Assembly (NCBI GenBank): GCA_034520945.1
Contig: JAXHNB010000010.1
Location: forward strand, 192,001-256,000
Length of the DNA: 64,000 bases
Reading direction: 5' to 3'
Source: Trueperaceae bacterium
GTDB lineage: Bacteria; Deinococcota; Deinococci; Deinococcales; Trueperaceae
Positions 10,193 to 19,930 of the stretch are shown here, piece after piece (within the stretch, counting starts at the first letter, position 1; every line of letters starts with the position of its first letter). Under the pieces are notes generated by a model. It saw only the letters and a list, made by a program, of their open reading frames with translations, ran no database searches and had not been told where the DNA came from. The position numbers and the translations under genes were made by a program.

Positions 10193-12454
10193 GTGCGCCT
10201 GCTGACCTCGCTGGCCCTGCGGCGCACGACCCTCGTGATCGCCGTGTTCGCGCTGCTCACCGGCCTCTTCGCCTTCCGCGCCGCGCAAACCACCACCGAC
10301 GGCCGAACCGACGCCCTCTACCCGCCAGAATCCGACGCCGCCCTCCTCGACGACGAACTCGCGATCGACTTCGGTCAAGGCGAGCGGCTGCTGCTCGTGG
10401 TCGAGGGCCCGGTGTGGACCGCTTCGTCCCTCGAGGCGCTGCAGGACCTGACGCGCCGAATCGGCCGGCTCGACGGCACCCGCGACGTCACCTCGCTCGC
10501 GACCGCCCAGCGGCTCGAGGACGAGGGCGGCTTCCTGCACGTCCGCGATCTGATCCCGGACGACCTCGAGGACGAGGCCGCCATCCAAGACGCTCGCCGC
10601 TACCTCACAGGCGCGGACATGTACCAGGACGTGACCTTCGTGAGCGACGACGGCCGGCGCGCCAGCCTGATCGTCGAGTACGAGCCCGACATCGACGCCG
10701 CCAGCTACGCCCGGCGCGTGGACGCGGTGGCGGCGGAGGTGTGGCCCGGCCCGCACGCGCTGGCCGGCGCCGCCTTCACGACCATGGAACTGCGCGACAT
10801 CATCGCCCGGGACCTGCCGGTGCTCGGCGGCATCGCACTGGCGCTGATCGTGACGATGTTGTGGCTCAACTTCCGCGCCGCCCGCCGCGTCGCGCTGGCC
10901 CTGACGCAGATCCTGATCGGGGTGATCTGGGGCCTGGGCGCGTTCGAGCTTCTGGGTCAGCAGATGATGGCGCTCACCGTGATCGGCCCCATCGCGGTGA
11001 TGGCGGTCGGTGCCTCGTTCTCGATGCATCTGCTGGGACGCTACGACTACGAGCTGGCGCGCGGGACCGCCAAGCCGGAGGCGCTGCGCCGCACGTTCGA
11101 GCGCACCGGCCTGGGCGTCGCCGTCTCGGGCCTGGCGATCTCCGCGGCGATGAGCACCTTCCTGCTGTCGGAGTTGGCGATGGTGCGGGGCCTGGGCCTG
11201 ATCGCGGCGCTCGGCGTCCTCGCCTCGTTGCTGGCCGCGCTGCTGTTGCTCCCCGCGCTCTTGAAGCTGCTCCCCGACCCGCCGGGCGTGCCGGACCCCG
11301 AGGCGCCCGGACGCTTGCGCGGCCTGTTGGCGGCCCTGGGCGGCATGGTCACGCGCCGCACCCGCACCGTGCTCGCCGTTGCGGCGCTGCTGGTCCTCGG
11401 GGCCTTGGCGGGCCTCCCGCGCATCCAGGCGGACACCTCGATCCTGGCCTTCTTCCCCGAGGACGGCCCGACCCGCACCAGCGTGCGGACCGTCGAGGAG
11501 ACCCTGGGCGGCAGCTCGGTGATCCAAGTTCGGGTCGACGGCGACATCCTCGACCCTGCGACCCTGCGCGCGCTCGAGGCGTTTCAAGCCAGGGCCAAGG
11601 AGCTGCCCGAGATCGGCGGGGCGCAGTCGATCACGCACGTGCTGCGCGGCATTCACGAGACCCTCACGGGCGAGGACGCGCTGCCCGGCACGCGCCAGGC
11701 CGCGGCCCAGGAGTTGCTGCTGTACAGCTCCTCGGGCGACGCCTCCGAGCTGGCCAAACTGCTGAGCTTGGACGAACGCAGCGCGCTGGTGAACCTCACC
11801 GCCAGCTCCACCTCCACCACCCGCGGGCGTGCGTTGGTGGCCGAACTCGAGCGCATCGCGGACGCCACCCTCGCCGGCGTCGCCGAGGTGGGGTTCACCG
11901 GCCAGCCGGTGCTCGAACTCGCCGTCGAGGACGCGATGCGGCACGACTTCCTGATCAGCCTCACCCTGGCGATCGCGTTGGTGCTGGCGATCGACAGCCT
12001 GGTGCGTTCGTTCCGCGCCGCCGCCGTGACCATCCTGGCGCTGGTCGCGACCATCGCGCTGCAATACGGTCTGCTGGGCTGGGCGGGCATTCCGCTGGAC
12101 CTCGCGACGATGCTGATGGGCGCCCTCGCGATCGGCGTGGGCGACTACGCCATCCACCTCACCGTCCGCTACATGGAGGAACGCGCGCACGGCCGCCCAC
12201 CAGAGGGCGCGGTCGGGCACACCGTGATCACCTCCGGCCGCCAGATCCTGTTCACCGCCGCGACCCTCGGCGTCGGTTTCTTCGCGTTGACGTTCGCCGA
12301 TTTCGTGCCCGTCTCCACCCTGGGCTGGCTGATGGTGCTCACCGTCGTCCTGGTGGGCCTGGCCACCCTCACGCTCCTCCCGGCCGCCGTCCTGGTCGCC
12401 TTCCGCGACCCGGGCGGCCGTGCCGCGACCGCTATGAGAGGTGATTCCGCATGA
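10193..12454 (+). CDS. MMPL/RND family transporter
   Basis: Two repeats of TM + extracytoplasmic loop + 5 TM; GVGDYAIH; GTG start after GGAGG. Confidence 0.9.
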   Translation: MRLLTSLALRRTTLVIAVFALLTGLFAFRAAQTTTDGRTDALYPPESDAALLDDELAIDFGQGERLLLVVEGPVWTASSLEALQDLTRRIGRLDGTRDVTSLATAQRLEDEGGFLHVRDLIPDDLEDEAAIQDARRYLTGADMYQDVTFVSDDGRRASLIVEYEPDIDAASYARRVDAVAAEVWPGPHALAGAAFTTMELRDIIARDLPVLGGIALALIVTMLWLNFRAARRVALALTQILIGVIWGLGAFELLGQQMMALTVIGPIAVMAVGASFSMHLLGRYDYELARGTAKPEALRRTFERTGLGVAVSGLAISAAMSTFLLSELAMVRGLGLIAALGVLASLLAALLLLPALLKLLPDPPGVPDPEAPGRLRGLLAALGGMVTRRTRTVLAVAALLVLGALAGLPRIQADTSILAFFPEDGPTRTSVRTVEETLGGSSVIQVRVDGDILDPATLRALEAFQARAKELPEIGGAQSITHVLRGIHETLTGEDALPGTRQAAAQELLLYSSSGDASELAKLLSLDERSALVNLTASSTSTTRGRALVAELERIADATLAGVAEVGFTGQPVLELAVEDAMRHDFLISLTLAIALVLAIDSLVRSFRAAAVTILALVATIALQYGLLGWAGIPLDLATMLMGALAIGVGDYAIHLTVRYMEERAHGRPPEGAVGHTVITSGRQILFTAATLGVGFFALTFADFVPVSTLGWLMVLTVVLVGLATLTLLPAAVLVAFRDPGGRAATAMRGDSA

Positions 12455-13248
12455 CCCGAACGCCCAACGTCCGCACCGCCCCGACCCCGTCCCGCGCTCG
12501 CGCGCTCGCGCCGGCCCTGCTGCTGATCCTGGCGACGCTCCTTCTCGGTGCGCCCGCCGCCGCGCAGTCGTACGACGACGCGGACGCCCTGATGGAGGCC
12601 GTCGAGGCACGGCCCGAACCGGCCACGCTGCAAGCGACCATGGAGATGACCCTCACCAACGCCTCGGGTCAGACGCTGACCCGCGAGATGCGGACCTGGG
12701 CCCGCGGCGACGCCATGCGCCTGATGAAGTTCACCGCACCCGCCGACATCGCCGGCTCGGGCTTCCTGCGCATCGACGACGGCGCCACCGACGAGACGCT
12801 GGTCTACCTCCCCGCCCTCGACCGGGTGCGCCGCGTCGCCGGCGGCCAACGGGGCGAGTCGTTCTTCGGCTCGGACTTCTCCTACGAGGACGTCGAAGGC
12901 TTCGACCCGGCCGACTACCGCCACGAGCTCGTCGAGGTCCGGGACGGACCGGTCTACCTCGTCGAGGCCACGCCGCGTCCCGAGACCGCCTCGAGCTACG
13001 ACCGGCTGGTGCTCGAGGTGCCCGAGGCCACGTTGATGCCCGAACGCGTCACCTACTACCGGGACGGAGGCGCGGTCAAGGAGCTCACCGTGACCGACGT
13101 GCAGGAGGTCGGCGGGTACCTGCTGGGGCTCGAGCGCCGCATGGAAACGCTGGACCGCGGCACGGTCACGGTGATCCGCCAACGCGACCTGACGTTGGAC
13201 GAGGATCTCCCAGGCGACGTCTTCAGCGAACGCTTTCTGAGGCGCTGA
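12451..13248 (+). CDS. Outer-membrane lipoprotein-sorting protein (LolA-like, DUF1329/DUF4292-type)
   Basis: Signal peptide; FTAPADIAGSGFL, YLPALDRVRR, FFGSDFSYED; ATGA overlap with the MMPL gene. Confidence 0.88.
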   Translation: MTRTPNVRTAPTPSRARALAPALLLILATLLLGAPAAAQSYDDADALMEAVEARPEPATLQATMEMTLTNASGQTLTREMRTWARGDAMRLMKFTAPADIAGSGFLRIDDGATDETLVYLPALDRVRRVAGGQRGESFFGSDFSYEDVEGFDPADYRHELVEVRDGPVYLVEATPRPETASSYDRLVLEVPEATLMPERVTYYRDGGAVKELTVTDVQEVGGYLLGLERRMETLDRGTVTVIRQRDLTLDEDLPGDVFSERFLRR

Positions 13249-13249
13249 C

Positions 13250-14488
13250 ATGAGGCGTGCCCTGATCGTTCTGGCAACCATGGCGCTGATCCCCTTCGCC
13301 TTCGCGCAGCTACGAACCGACCTGAGCGGCCGGCTGGAGGCGCGCTTCGGCGCCGAGTCGACCGGCGAGCTGACCGCCTCGGGGGCCGAAGCGCGCTTGG
13401 CGCTGGACGGCGAGGTCGGATCCGAGTTCTACCCCAGCGCCGACTTCCGCGCCGAGCTCCGCGCCGAGGCCGACGCCGCCACCGACACCGCCTACGTGGC
13501 CGTGGACGAGCTGTGGAGCCGGGCGTTCCTGGGCGACGTGGAGGTGACCGCCGGCAACCAGCGGCGCTTCTGGGGCTCGACCGACGGCGTGAACCCGGTC
13601 GACCGCCTGAACCCACGGGACCTGAGCGTGCCCCCCGAGGAAGAGAAGCTCGCGGTGCCCATGGTCCACCTGCGTGCCTGGCTCGAGGGCGACGTGAACG
13701 TCGAGGCGGCGTTGGTCCCCGTGTTCACTGCCTCCACGCCGCCGGGCGAGGGGTGGCGGGACGCCTTCACGCCCACGCCCCCACCCGGCGTCACGATCAC
13801 GGAGGTACGGCCGCTCCGCGAGGAGCCTCCCGAACCGTCGGTGGAGAACCTCCAGTTCGGCGCCCGCGCGCAATGGCGCCCCTCCGGTTTCGACGTCGCG
13901 CTCAGTTGGCTGCACGTATTCCGTGACACGCCCACCCGTTCGGTCGAGATCGAACCGACCGGCGTTCCCGGCGAGGTGATCGCGCAACCCGTCGCGCGCT
14001 ACGACCGGATCGACGTCGTCGGCCTCGACGGCTCGGTCGCGCTCGGCGACGTGGTGCTGCGCGGCGAAGCGGCCTACCTGTTCACCCGCGATCCGGACGG
14101 CCGCGATCCCGCCGTCGGCAACCCCTCCTTCCAAGTGGTGGCGGCCGCCGAGACGCCCGTGCCGGACGGACCCCGGCTGATCGTTCAGGCCATCCTGGAC
14201 GGCGAAAGGGAGAACGCCTCTCCCAGCGGCGAGCTGGGCGGCATCGAGCTCTCGTGGCGCGCCATGCTGATCGCGTCCTACGCCCTGAACGCACGCACGG
14301 ACATGGAGGCCGCCTGGGTGCACGACTTCGACGGCAGCGGCATGGTCCGTCCCAGCGTGAGCTACACGGTGGCCGACGGGGTGACCGGCGCGCTCGAGGG
14401 CATGGTCGCCTACGGCGGGGACGACACCCGCTTCGGAGGCTGGCGCGAGCGCAGCGCTGCGACCGCGTCGCTACGCGTGGACTTCTGA
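13250..14488 (+). CDS. Putative outer-membrane beta-barrel (DUF1302-like)
   Basis: Signal peptide; GNQRRFWGSTDGVNPVDRLNP; C-terminal amphipathic strand ending in F (LRVDF). Confidence 0.75.
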   Translation: MRRALIVLATMALIPFAFAQLRTDLSGRLEARFGAESTGELTASGAEARLALDGEVGSEFYPSADFRAELRAEADAATDTAYVAVDELWSRAFLGDVEVTAGNQRRFWGSTDGVNPVDRLNPRDLSVPPEEEKLAVPMVHLRAWLEGDVNVEAALVPVFTASTPPGEGWRDAFTPTPPPGVTITEVRPLREEPPEPSVENLQFGARAQWRPSGFDVALSWLHVFRDTPTRSVEIEPTGVPGEVIAQPVARYDRIDVVGLDGSVALGDVVLRGEAAYLFTRDPDGRDPAVGNPSFQVVAAAETPVPDGPRLIVQAILDGERENASPSGELGGIELSWRAMLIASYALNARTDMEAAWVHDFDGSGMVRPSVSYTVADGVTGALEGMVAYGGDDTRFGGWRERSAATASLRVDF

Positions 14489-14698
14489 CGGGGCCGGCGC
14501 GTCCGCTCACGGGCGACACCTTCCGGCGGGCTGACGCATCCCCGTCGTACGCGTAGGCGCGGGTTTCGTCCTCGCGAACGCGCCGCAAGAGATGGCCTGC
14601 CCTGAGTGTGGTCGAACATGACGTGCCCCGAGACCCCTATGCGATGCGCGGATCCGCGCTATGGTCGCCCCTGGCTTTACTGCATGGAGGTGCGCCGC

Positions 14699-15673
14699 AT
14701 GCCTAACGCTCACGATCACGGAGTCGAGCAGACCAGCGACCGCCGCATCCTCGGCACGGTCGCGCTCAATGGACTGTTGACGGTGGCGCAGGTGATCGGC
14801 GGCCTCGTGTCCGGGTCGGTCTCGCTGCTGGCGGACGCGCTTCACAACCTCAACGACGCGATGGCGCTGGTCATCGTCTGGATCGCGCGCCGCATCGGCC
14901 GGCGCCGCGCCGACGAAACGCGCACCTTCGGGTACGACCGCGCCCGCACGGTCGGCGCCCTGATCAACCTGGTCGCGTTGGCGGTGGTGGCGCTGTTCCT
15001 CGCGTACGAGTCGATCCTGCGCCTTCTCGAGCCACGCGAGGTGGGCGGTTGGACCATGATCATTGTGGCCGGTGTCGCCCTGCTGGTCGACGTCGCCACG
15101 GTCGCGCTGTTGTACGGGATGCGGCGCGGTGGGACCGACGTGCGCGCGGCGTTCGTGCACAACGTCTCCGATGCGCTGGCCAGCGTGGCCGTCATGGTCG
15201 GCGGCGCCGCCATTCTGCTATCCGGCTGGTACTGGGTCGACCCGCTGCTTTCGCTGGCGATCGTCGGCTACGTGGCCTGGCAGGTCTCTGCCATGTTGCC
15301 CGAGACCGTGCGCGTGTTGATGGAGAGCGCACCGCCGGACCTCGACGTCGCGCGGGTCGGCGCCGACCTGCGCGACGTCGAGGGCGTCGAGGACGTGCAC
15401 CATCTCCACGCCTGGTTGATGGACGAGCAGCGTGTCGCGCTCGAGGCGCACCTGGTGATCGGCCGTGAGGTGGCGCCGCGCCTCGACGAGGTGGCACGGG
15501 AGGCACGGCGGCGTCTGCGCGAGGGGTTCGACATTCGCCACGCGACGCTGGAGATCGAGTTTCCAGGTACGGCCGCCGAAGAAGGCCACCGCACGACGCT
15601 GATCGCAGGGGACTGCTGCGGACCGGCCGCCGACAGTGCGGCCGGGGCGATCGACGTGTCCCGCTCAGCCTGA
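14699..15673 (+). CDS. Cation diffusion facilitator (CzcD/ZitB-like)
   Basis: Start after GGAGG (MPNAHDH); SLLADALHNLND, AFVHNVSD, DPLLS, VHHLHAW. Confidence 0.93.
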   Translation: MPNAHDHGVEQTSDRRILGTVALNGLLTVAQVIGGLVSGSVSLLADALHNLNDAMALVIVWIARRIGRRRADETRTFGYDRARTVGALINLVALAVVALFLAYESILRLLEPREVGGWTMIIVAGVALLVDVATVALLYGMRRGGTDVRAAFVHNVSDALASVAVMVGGAAILLSGWYWVDPLLSLAIVGYVAWQVSAMLPETVRVLMESAPPDLDVARVGADLRDVEGVEDVHHLHAWLMDEQRVALEAHLVIGREVAPRLDEVAREARRRLREGFDIRHATLEIEFPGTAAEEGHRTTLIAGDCCGPAADSAAGAIDVSRSA

Positions 15674-15927
15674 GTACGGCCGCAGGCACGAGCGATCCAC
15701 ACCCGCGAACACTGTCGCGCGACCCGGCCATCGGTCGCGCTCCGACGTGTCGCATCCGCCGTCCGACGTAGACCGGCCGCGCAATCCTTGGTCGGATCGG
15801 GTGGGCGCGCTGCTCCGAAGGGCCCCGCAGCGCAAAGCACGGCCCAGACCTCCTCGGAATCGGCATCGCGTCGACGGCCTGTATCGAACGCACGTGCAGC
15901 GCAGGTATGAGTCGCCAGCCGCCGGAG

Positions 15928-15938
15928 TATATTATATT
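15928..15938. promoter_or_regulatory. TATATTATATT motif, copy 1 (candidate GntR operator/-10 region)
   Basis: Identical 11-mer at 31151-31161; lies 50 nt upstream of the 15989 operon. Confidence 0.6.
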
Positions 15939-15988
15939 ATTCGTCTTGGACCCGCCCGACGAACCGCACCAAGCGACGAGGAGACGGC

Positions 15989-17140
15989 ATGACCAAGCGG
16001 CGCGTAGGCATCCTCATGAACGGCGTCACCGGACGAATGGGCCGCATCCAACACCTGGCGCGCGCCATCATGGCGATCCGCGAGGACGGCGGCATCCCCC
16101 TGGGGGACGGCCACGTCATCTGGCCGGAGCCGACGCTGGTGGGCCGCAACGAGGCCAAGCTGCGCGCGCTGGCCGAGGCGCACGGCCTGGAGCGCTGGAC
16201 CACGGATCTGGACGCCGCGCTGGCCAACCCAGACATCGAGGTGTACTTCGACGCGCAGGTCACCAGCCGCCGCACCGACGCACTGAAGGCCGCCCTCGCC
16301 GCGGGGAAGCACGTCTACTGCGAGAAACCCAGCGCGGACACTCTCGACGACGCCATCGAACTGGCGCGTCGCGCGCGCGAGGCCGGCATCAAGAACGGCG
16401 TGGTGCAGGACAAGCTGTTCCTGCCCGGCTTCCTGAAGCTGAAGCGGCTCATCGACGGCGGCTTCTTCGGCCGGATCCTCTCGGTGCGGGGCGACTTCGG
16501 CTACTGGGTGTTCGAGGGCGACTGGCAGCCGGCGCAACGCCCGTCGTGGAACTACCGCGCCGAGGACGGCGGCGGCATCATCCTGGACATGCTGGCGCAC
16601 TGGCGTTACGTGCTGGACCACCTGTTCGGGCAGGTCCGGGCGGTGAGCTGCCTGGGCGCCACGCATCTCCCCGACCGTGTCGACGAAGCAGGTCATCCGT
16701 ACCGCACCACCGCCGACGACGCGGCCTACGCCATGTTCCGGCTGGACGGCGACGTGATCGCGCAGGTCAACTCCTCCTGGTGCGTACGCGTCTACCGCGA
16801 CGATCTGGTCACCTTCCAGGTGGACGGCACGCACGGCAGCGCCGTGGCGGGCCTGCACACCTGCCGGGTGCAGCACCGCTCGATGACGCCGAAGCCGGTC
16901 TGGAACCCCGACGCGCCCGGAACGCACGACTACCGCGACGACTGGCACGAGGTTCCGGACAACGGCACCTTCGACAACGGCTTCAAGACGCAGTGGGTGC
17001 ACTTCCTGGAGCACGTCGTGTCGGACGCCCCCTTCCCGCACACGCTGCTGGAGGGTGCCAAGGGCGTGCAGCTGGCCGAGCTCGGCATGCGCTCCTGGCG
17101 CGAAGGCCGCTGGCTCGACGTGCCGGAGCTGTCGGCATGA
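15989..17140 (+). CDS. Gfo/Idh/MocA family oxidoreductase
   Basis: NGVTGRMG, KHVYCEKP, QDKLFLPG, GGGIILDMLAHW. Confidence 0.93.
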   Translation: MTKRRVGILMNGVTGRMGRIQHLARAIMAIREDGGIPLGDGHVIWPEPTLVGRNEAKLRALAEAHGLERWTTDLDAALANPDIEVYFDAQVTSRRTDALKAALAAGKHVYCEKPSADTLDDAIELARRAREAGIKNGVVQDKLFLPGFLKLKRLIDGGFFGRILSVRGDFGYWVFEGDWQPAQRPSWNYRAEDGGGIILDMLAHWRYVLDHLFGQVRAVSCLGATHLPDRVDEAGHPYRTTADDAAYAMFRLDGDVIAQVNSSWCVRVYRDDLVTFQVDGTHGSAVAGLHTCRVQHRSMTPKPVWNPDAPGTHDYRDDWHEVPDNGTFDNGFKTQWVHFLEHVVSDAPFPHTLLEGAKGVQLAELGMRSWREGRWLDVPELSA

Positions 17141-17189
17141 GTCGCTCGTGCGTATCCGGGTGTCCCCGACGCGACCTGGATACGGGCCG

Positions 17190-18356
17190 ATGAGCAGCGA
17201 CGCGCCGACGATCCGCCTGCCCCGGTCCGACGGCACCGTCGCGCCCTACGAAATGGCGGCCCCGCGCCGCTTCGCACCGCCGGCCGCGCCGCTTCGAAGC
17301 CGCGTTCTGTACGCCGCGGTGCACGTGGTCAGCGACCCGTTGGACGAGGACGGCGCCGGGCACGGCATCGACTGGGAGGCGACGATGGCGTTCCGCCGGC
17401 ACGTGTGGCGGCACGGCCTCGGCGTGGCGGAGGCGATGGACACCGCCCAACGCGGCATGGGCCTGTCGCACGACGCCACGCGCGAGCTGATCCGCCGCTC
17501 CTGCGCCGAGGCGCAGGCGGCCGGGGGTCGCATCGCGTGCGGCGCCGTCACCGACGGCCTGCCGGCCGACGCGCACCCGTCGCTGGACCAGATCGTGGCG
17601 GCCTACGCCGAGCAAGGGCACGACATCGAACGTCACGGCGGCCGGGTGGTGCTGATGGGCAGCCGGCACTTGGCGCGGGTCGCGCGCGGACCCAATGACT
17701 ACCGGCACGTGTACGACGCGGTGCTGTCCGAGCTGGACGGGCCAGTCGTGATCCACTGGCTGGGCGAGATGTTCGACCCGCAGCTGGCGGGCTACTGGGG
17801 CTCCCGCGATCTAGACGAGGCCACGGACGTGTGCGTGGGCATCTTGCAGGAGTACGCGGCGAAGATCGACGGCATCAAACTGTCCCTGTTGGACGCCGAA
17901 CGCGAGGTGGCGCTGCGCCGGCGCCTCCCCGAGGGCGTGCGCATGTACAGCGGCGACGACTTCCACTACGACGACCTGATCCTGGGCGACGCGCAGGGGC
18001 ACAGCGACGGGCTGCTCGGCATCTTCGACGCGATCGCGCCCGCCGCCGCCAGCGCCGTCGCGGCCCTGGACGCCGGCGACGAGGACGGCTACCGCGATGC
18101 GCTCTCCCCCACCGTCCCGTTCGCGCGGCACGTCTTCGCGGCGCCCACGTTTCGCTACAAGACCGGCCTGGTGTTCCTGGCGTACCTGAACGGGCACCAG
18201 GATCACTTCCGCATGCTGGGCGGGCAACAGAGCGCCCGCTCGGTGCTGCACCTGGCCGAGGCGTTCCGGCTGGCCGACCAGGCCGGGCTGCTGGACGATC
18301 CCCCGCGCGCCGCGCGGCGCATGGGCTGCTTCCTGGACCTGAGCGGCGTGACGTGA
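17190..18356 (+). CDS. DUF993 / dihydrodipicolinate-synthase-like TIM barrel protein
   Basis: AAVHVVSDP, AEAMDTAQRGMGL, HWLGEMFDP, GIKLSLLD, YSGDDFHY. Confidence 0.88.
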   Translation: MSSDAPTIRLPRSDGTVAPYEMAAPRRFAPPAAPLRSRVLYAAVHVVSDPLDEDGAGHGIDWEATMAFRRHVWRHGLGVAEAMDTAQRGMGLSHDATRELIRRSCAEAQAAGGRIACGAVTDGLPADAHPSLDQIVAAYAEQGHDIERHGGRVVLMGSRHLARVARGPNDYRHVYDAVLSELDGPVVIHWLGEMFDPQLAGYWGSRDLDEATDVCVGILQEYAAKIDGIKLSLLDAEREVALRRRLPEGVRMYSGDDFHYDDLILGDAQGHSDGLLGIFDAIAPAAASAVAALDAGDEDGYRDALSPTVPFARHVFAAPTFRYKTGLVFLAYLNGHQDHFRMLGGQQSARSVLHLAEAFRLADQAGLLDDPPRAARRMGCFLDLSGVT

Positions 18357-19201
18357 ACGGCATGGAGCGGCTGTCCCTCAACCAGGCCACCACCCCGTCC
18401 TGGAGCGTGTCCGAGGCGATCGAGGGGTGCGCGCGCCACGGCATCGGCTGGATCGGCCTGTGGCGGGGGCCGGTCGCCGAGGCCGGTCTGGAGCCGACCG
18501 CGCGCCACGTGCGCGAGAGCGGCGTGCGCGTCTCCAGCCTGTGCCGGGGCGGGTTCTTCCCCGCCGCCACCGCCCAGGCGCGGGAGGAGCGCCTGGACGA
18601 CAACCGCCGCGCGGTCGACGAGGCCGCCACGCTCGGCACCGACGTTCTGGTGCTGGTGTGCGGCGGGATGGTGGGGCGCGACCTGCCGGGGTCGCGCCGC
18701 ATGGTGGAGGACGGCATCGCCGCGCTGGTGCCCTACGCACGCGAGCGCGGCGTGCGCTTGGCGATCGAGCCGCTGCACCCCATGTTCGCCGCCGACCGCT
18801 CCGTGATCTGCGACCTGGGCCAGGCGTTCGCGCTGGCCGACCGCGTCGAAGCGGGGGTGGGCGTGGTGGTGGACGCCTACCACGTGTGGTGGGACCCGCA
18901 GCTGTACGCCCACCTGGCCCGCGGACGGGAGCGGATCCTGGGGCTCCACGTCGACGACTGGCTGGCACCGCCGCCCGACGTGCTGCGGGGGCGCGGCATG
19001 ATGGGCGACGGCTGCATCGACCTGCACGGCCTGTACACCGCGGTGGACGCCGGCGGGTACCAAGGGCCGGTCGAGGTGGAGATCTTCAACGACGCCGTGT
19101 GGCAACGCCCGGGCGACGAGGTGCTGGCCGAGATGCGCGACCGCTTCGGGCATCACGTTCTGCGCCCGCCCGAAGCGCAGCAGGACGTGACCGCGTCATG
19201 A
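18353..19201 (+). CDS. Sugar phosphate isomerase/epimerase (xylose isomerase-like TIM barrel)
   Basis: LSLNQAT, SSLCRGGFF, IEPLHP, DAYHVWWD, RGMMGDGCID, EVEIF. GTG at 18353 or ATG at 18362. Confidence 0.9.
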   Translation: MNGMERLSLNQATTPSWSVSEAIEGCARHGIGWIGLWRGPVAEAGLEPTARHVRESGVRVSSLCRGGFFPAATAQAREERLDDNRRAVDEAATLGTDVLVLVCGGMVGRDLPGSRRMVEDGIAALVPYARERGVRLAIEPLHPMFAADRSVICDLGQAFALADRVEAGVGVVVDAYHVWWDPQLYAHLARGRERILGLHVDDWLAPPPDVLRGRGMMGDGCIDLHGLYTAVDAGGYQGPVEVEIFNDAVWQRPGDEVLAEMRDRFGHHVLRPPEAQQDVTAS

Positions 19202-19881
19202 CCATCGACCGAACGCACGACCACCCCGGCAGCAAACCGGGCCGCCGCAAGCAGGACGCCGTCTACGAGGCGTTGCGCCACGACATCCTCGAAGGCCGCC
19301 TCGCGCCCGGTGAGCGGCTTCGCCTGGACGACATCACGCAGCGCCTCGAAGTGAGCCACATTCCCGTCCGCGAGGCGCTCAAGCAGCTGGAGGCCGACGG
19401 GTACGTGGCGATCGAGCCGTACGTCGGCACCACCGTCGCGGAGCTGAAGGCCGACTGGATCCACGAGCTGTTCGAGCTCAAGGAGGCCCTCGAACTGATC
19501 AGCGGCCGCGCCGCCTGCCGCCGCATGAGCCAGCAGGACCTGGACGACGTGGAGGCGGTCCTCCGGCGCATGGACGATCTCGTCCGTGATCCCGAAGCGT
19601 GGTCGGCGTCCAACGTCGAGCTGCACCGCCTGATCTGCACCCGGGCCGGCACCAAGCTGGCCGGCCAACTGCTGGACCGCGTCCTGAACCAGTGGGACCG
19701 CCTGCGTCGCTACTTCTTGCAGGAGGTGTTCGCCCTGCGGGTCTTCGAAGCGCAACGCGAGCACTGGGCCATCTACCACGCCCTGACGAGACGCGACCCG
19801 GACGAGCTCGAACGCGTGGTGCGGACGCACAACCGGCGCGCGCTGGAGGCGTACGCGGCGCGGCTGCCGGACCACGACTGA
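19198..19881 (+). CDS. GntR family regulator (FCD domain)
   Basis: VYEALRHDILEGRLAPGERL...VSHIPVREAL; N..LH and EH...H in the FCD domain; ATGA overlap. Confidence 0.93.
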   Translation: MTIDRTHDHPGSKPGRRKQDAVYEALRHDILEGRLAPGERLRLDDITQRLEVSHIPVREALKQLEADGYVAIEPYVGTTVAELKADWIHELFELKEALELISGRAACRRMSQQDLDDVEAVLRRMDDLVRDPEAWSASNVELHRLICTRAGTKLAGQLLDRVLNQWDRLRRYFLQEVFALRVFEAQREHWAIYHALTRRDPDELERVVRTHNRRALEAYAARLPDHD

Positions 19882-19930
19882 GCTGCACGCGGGCGGCCCG
19901 AGCCGCCTGCCTTGAATCCCGGAGGTGCGC

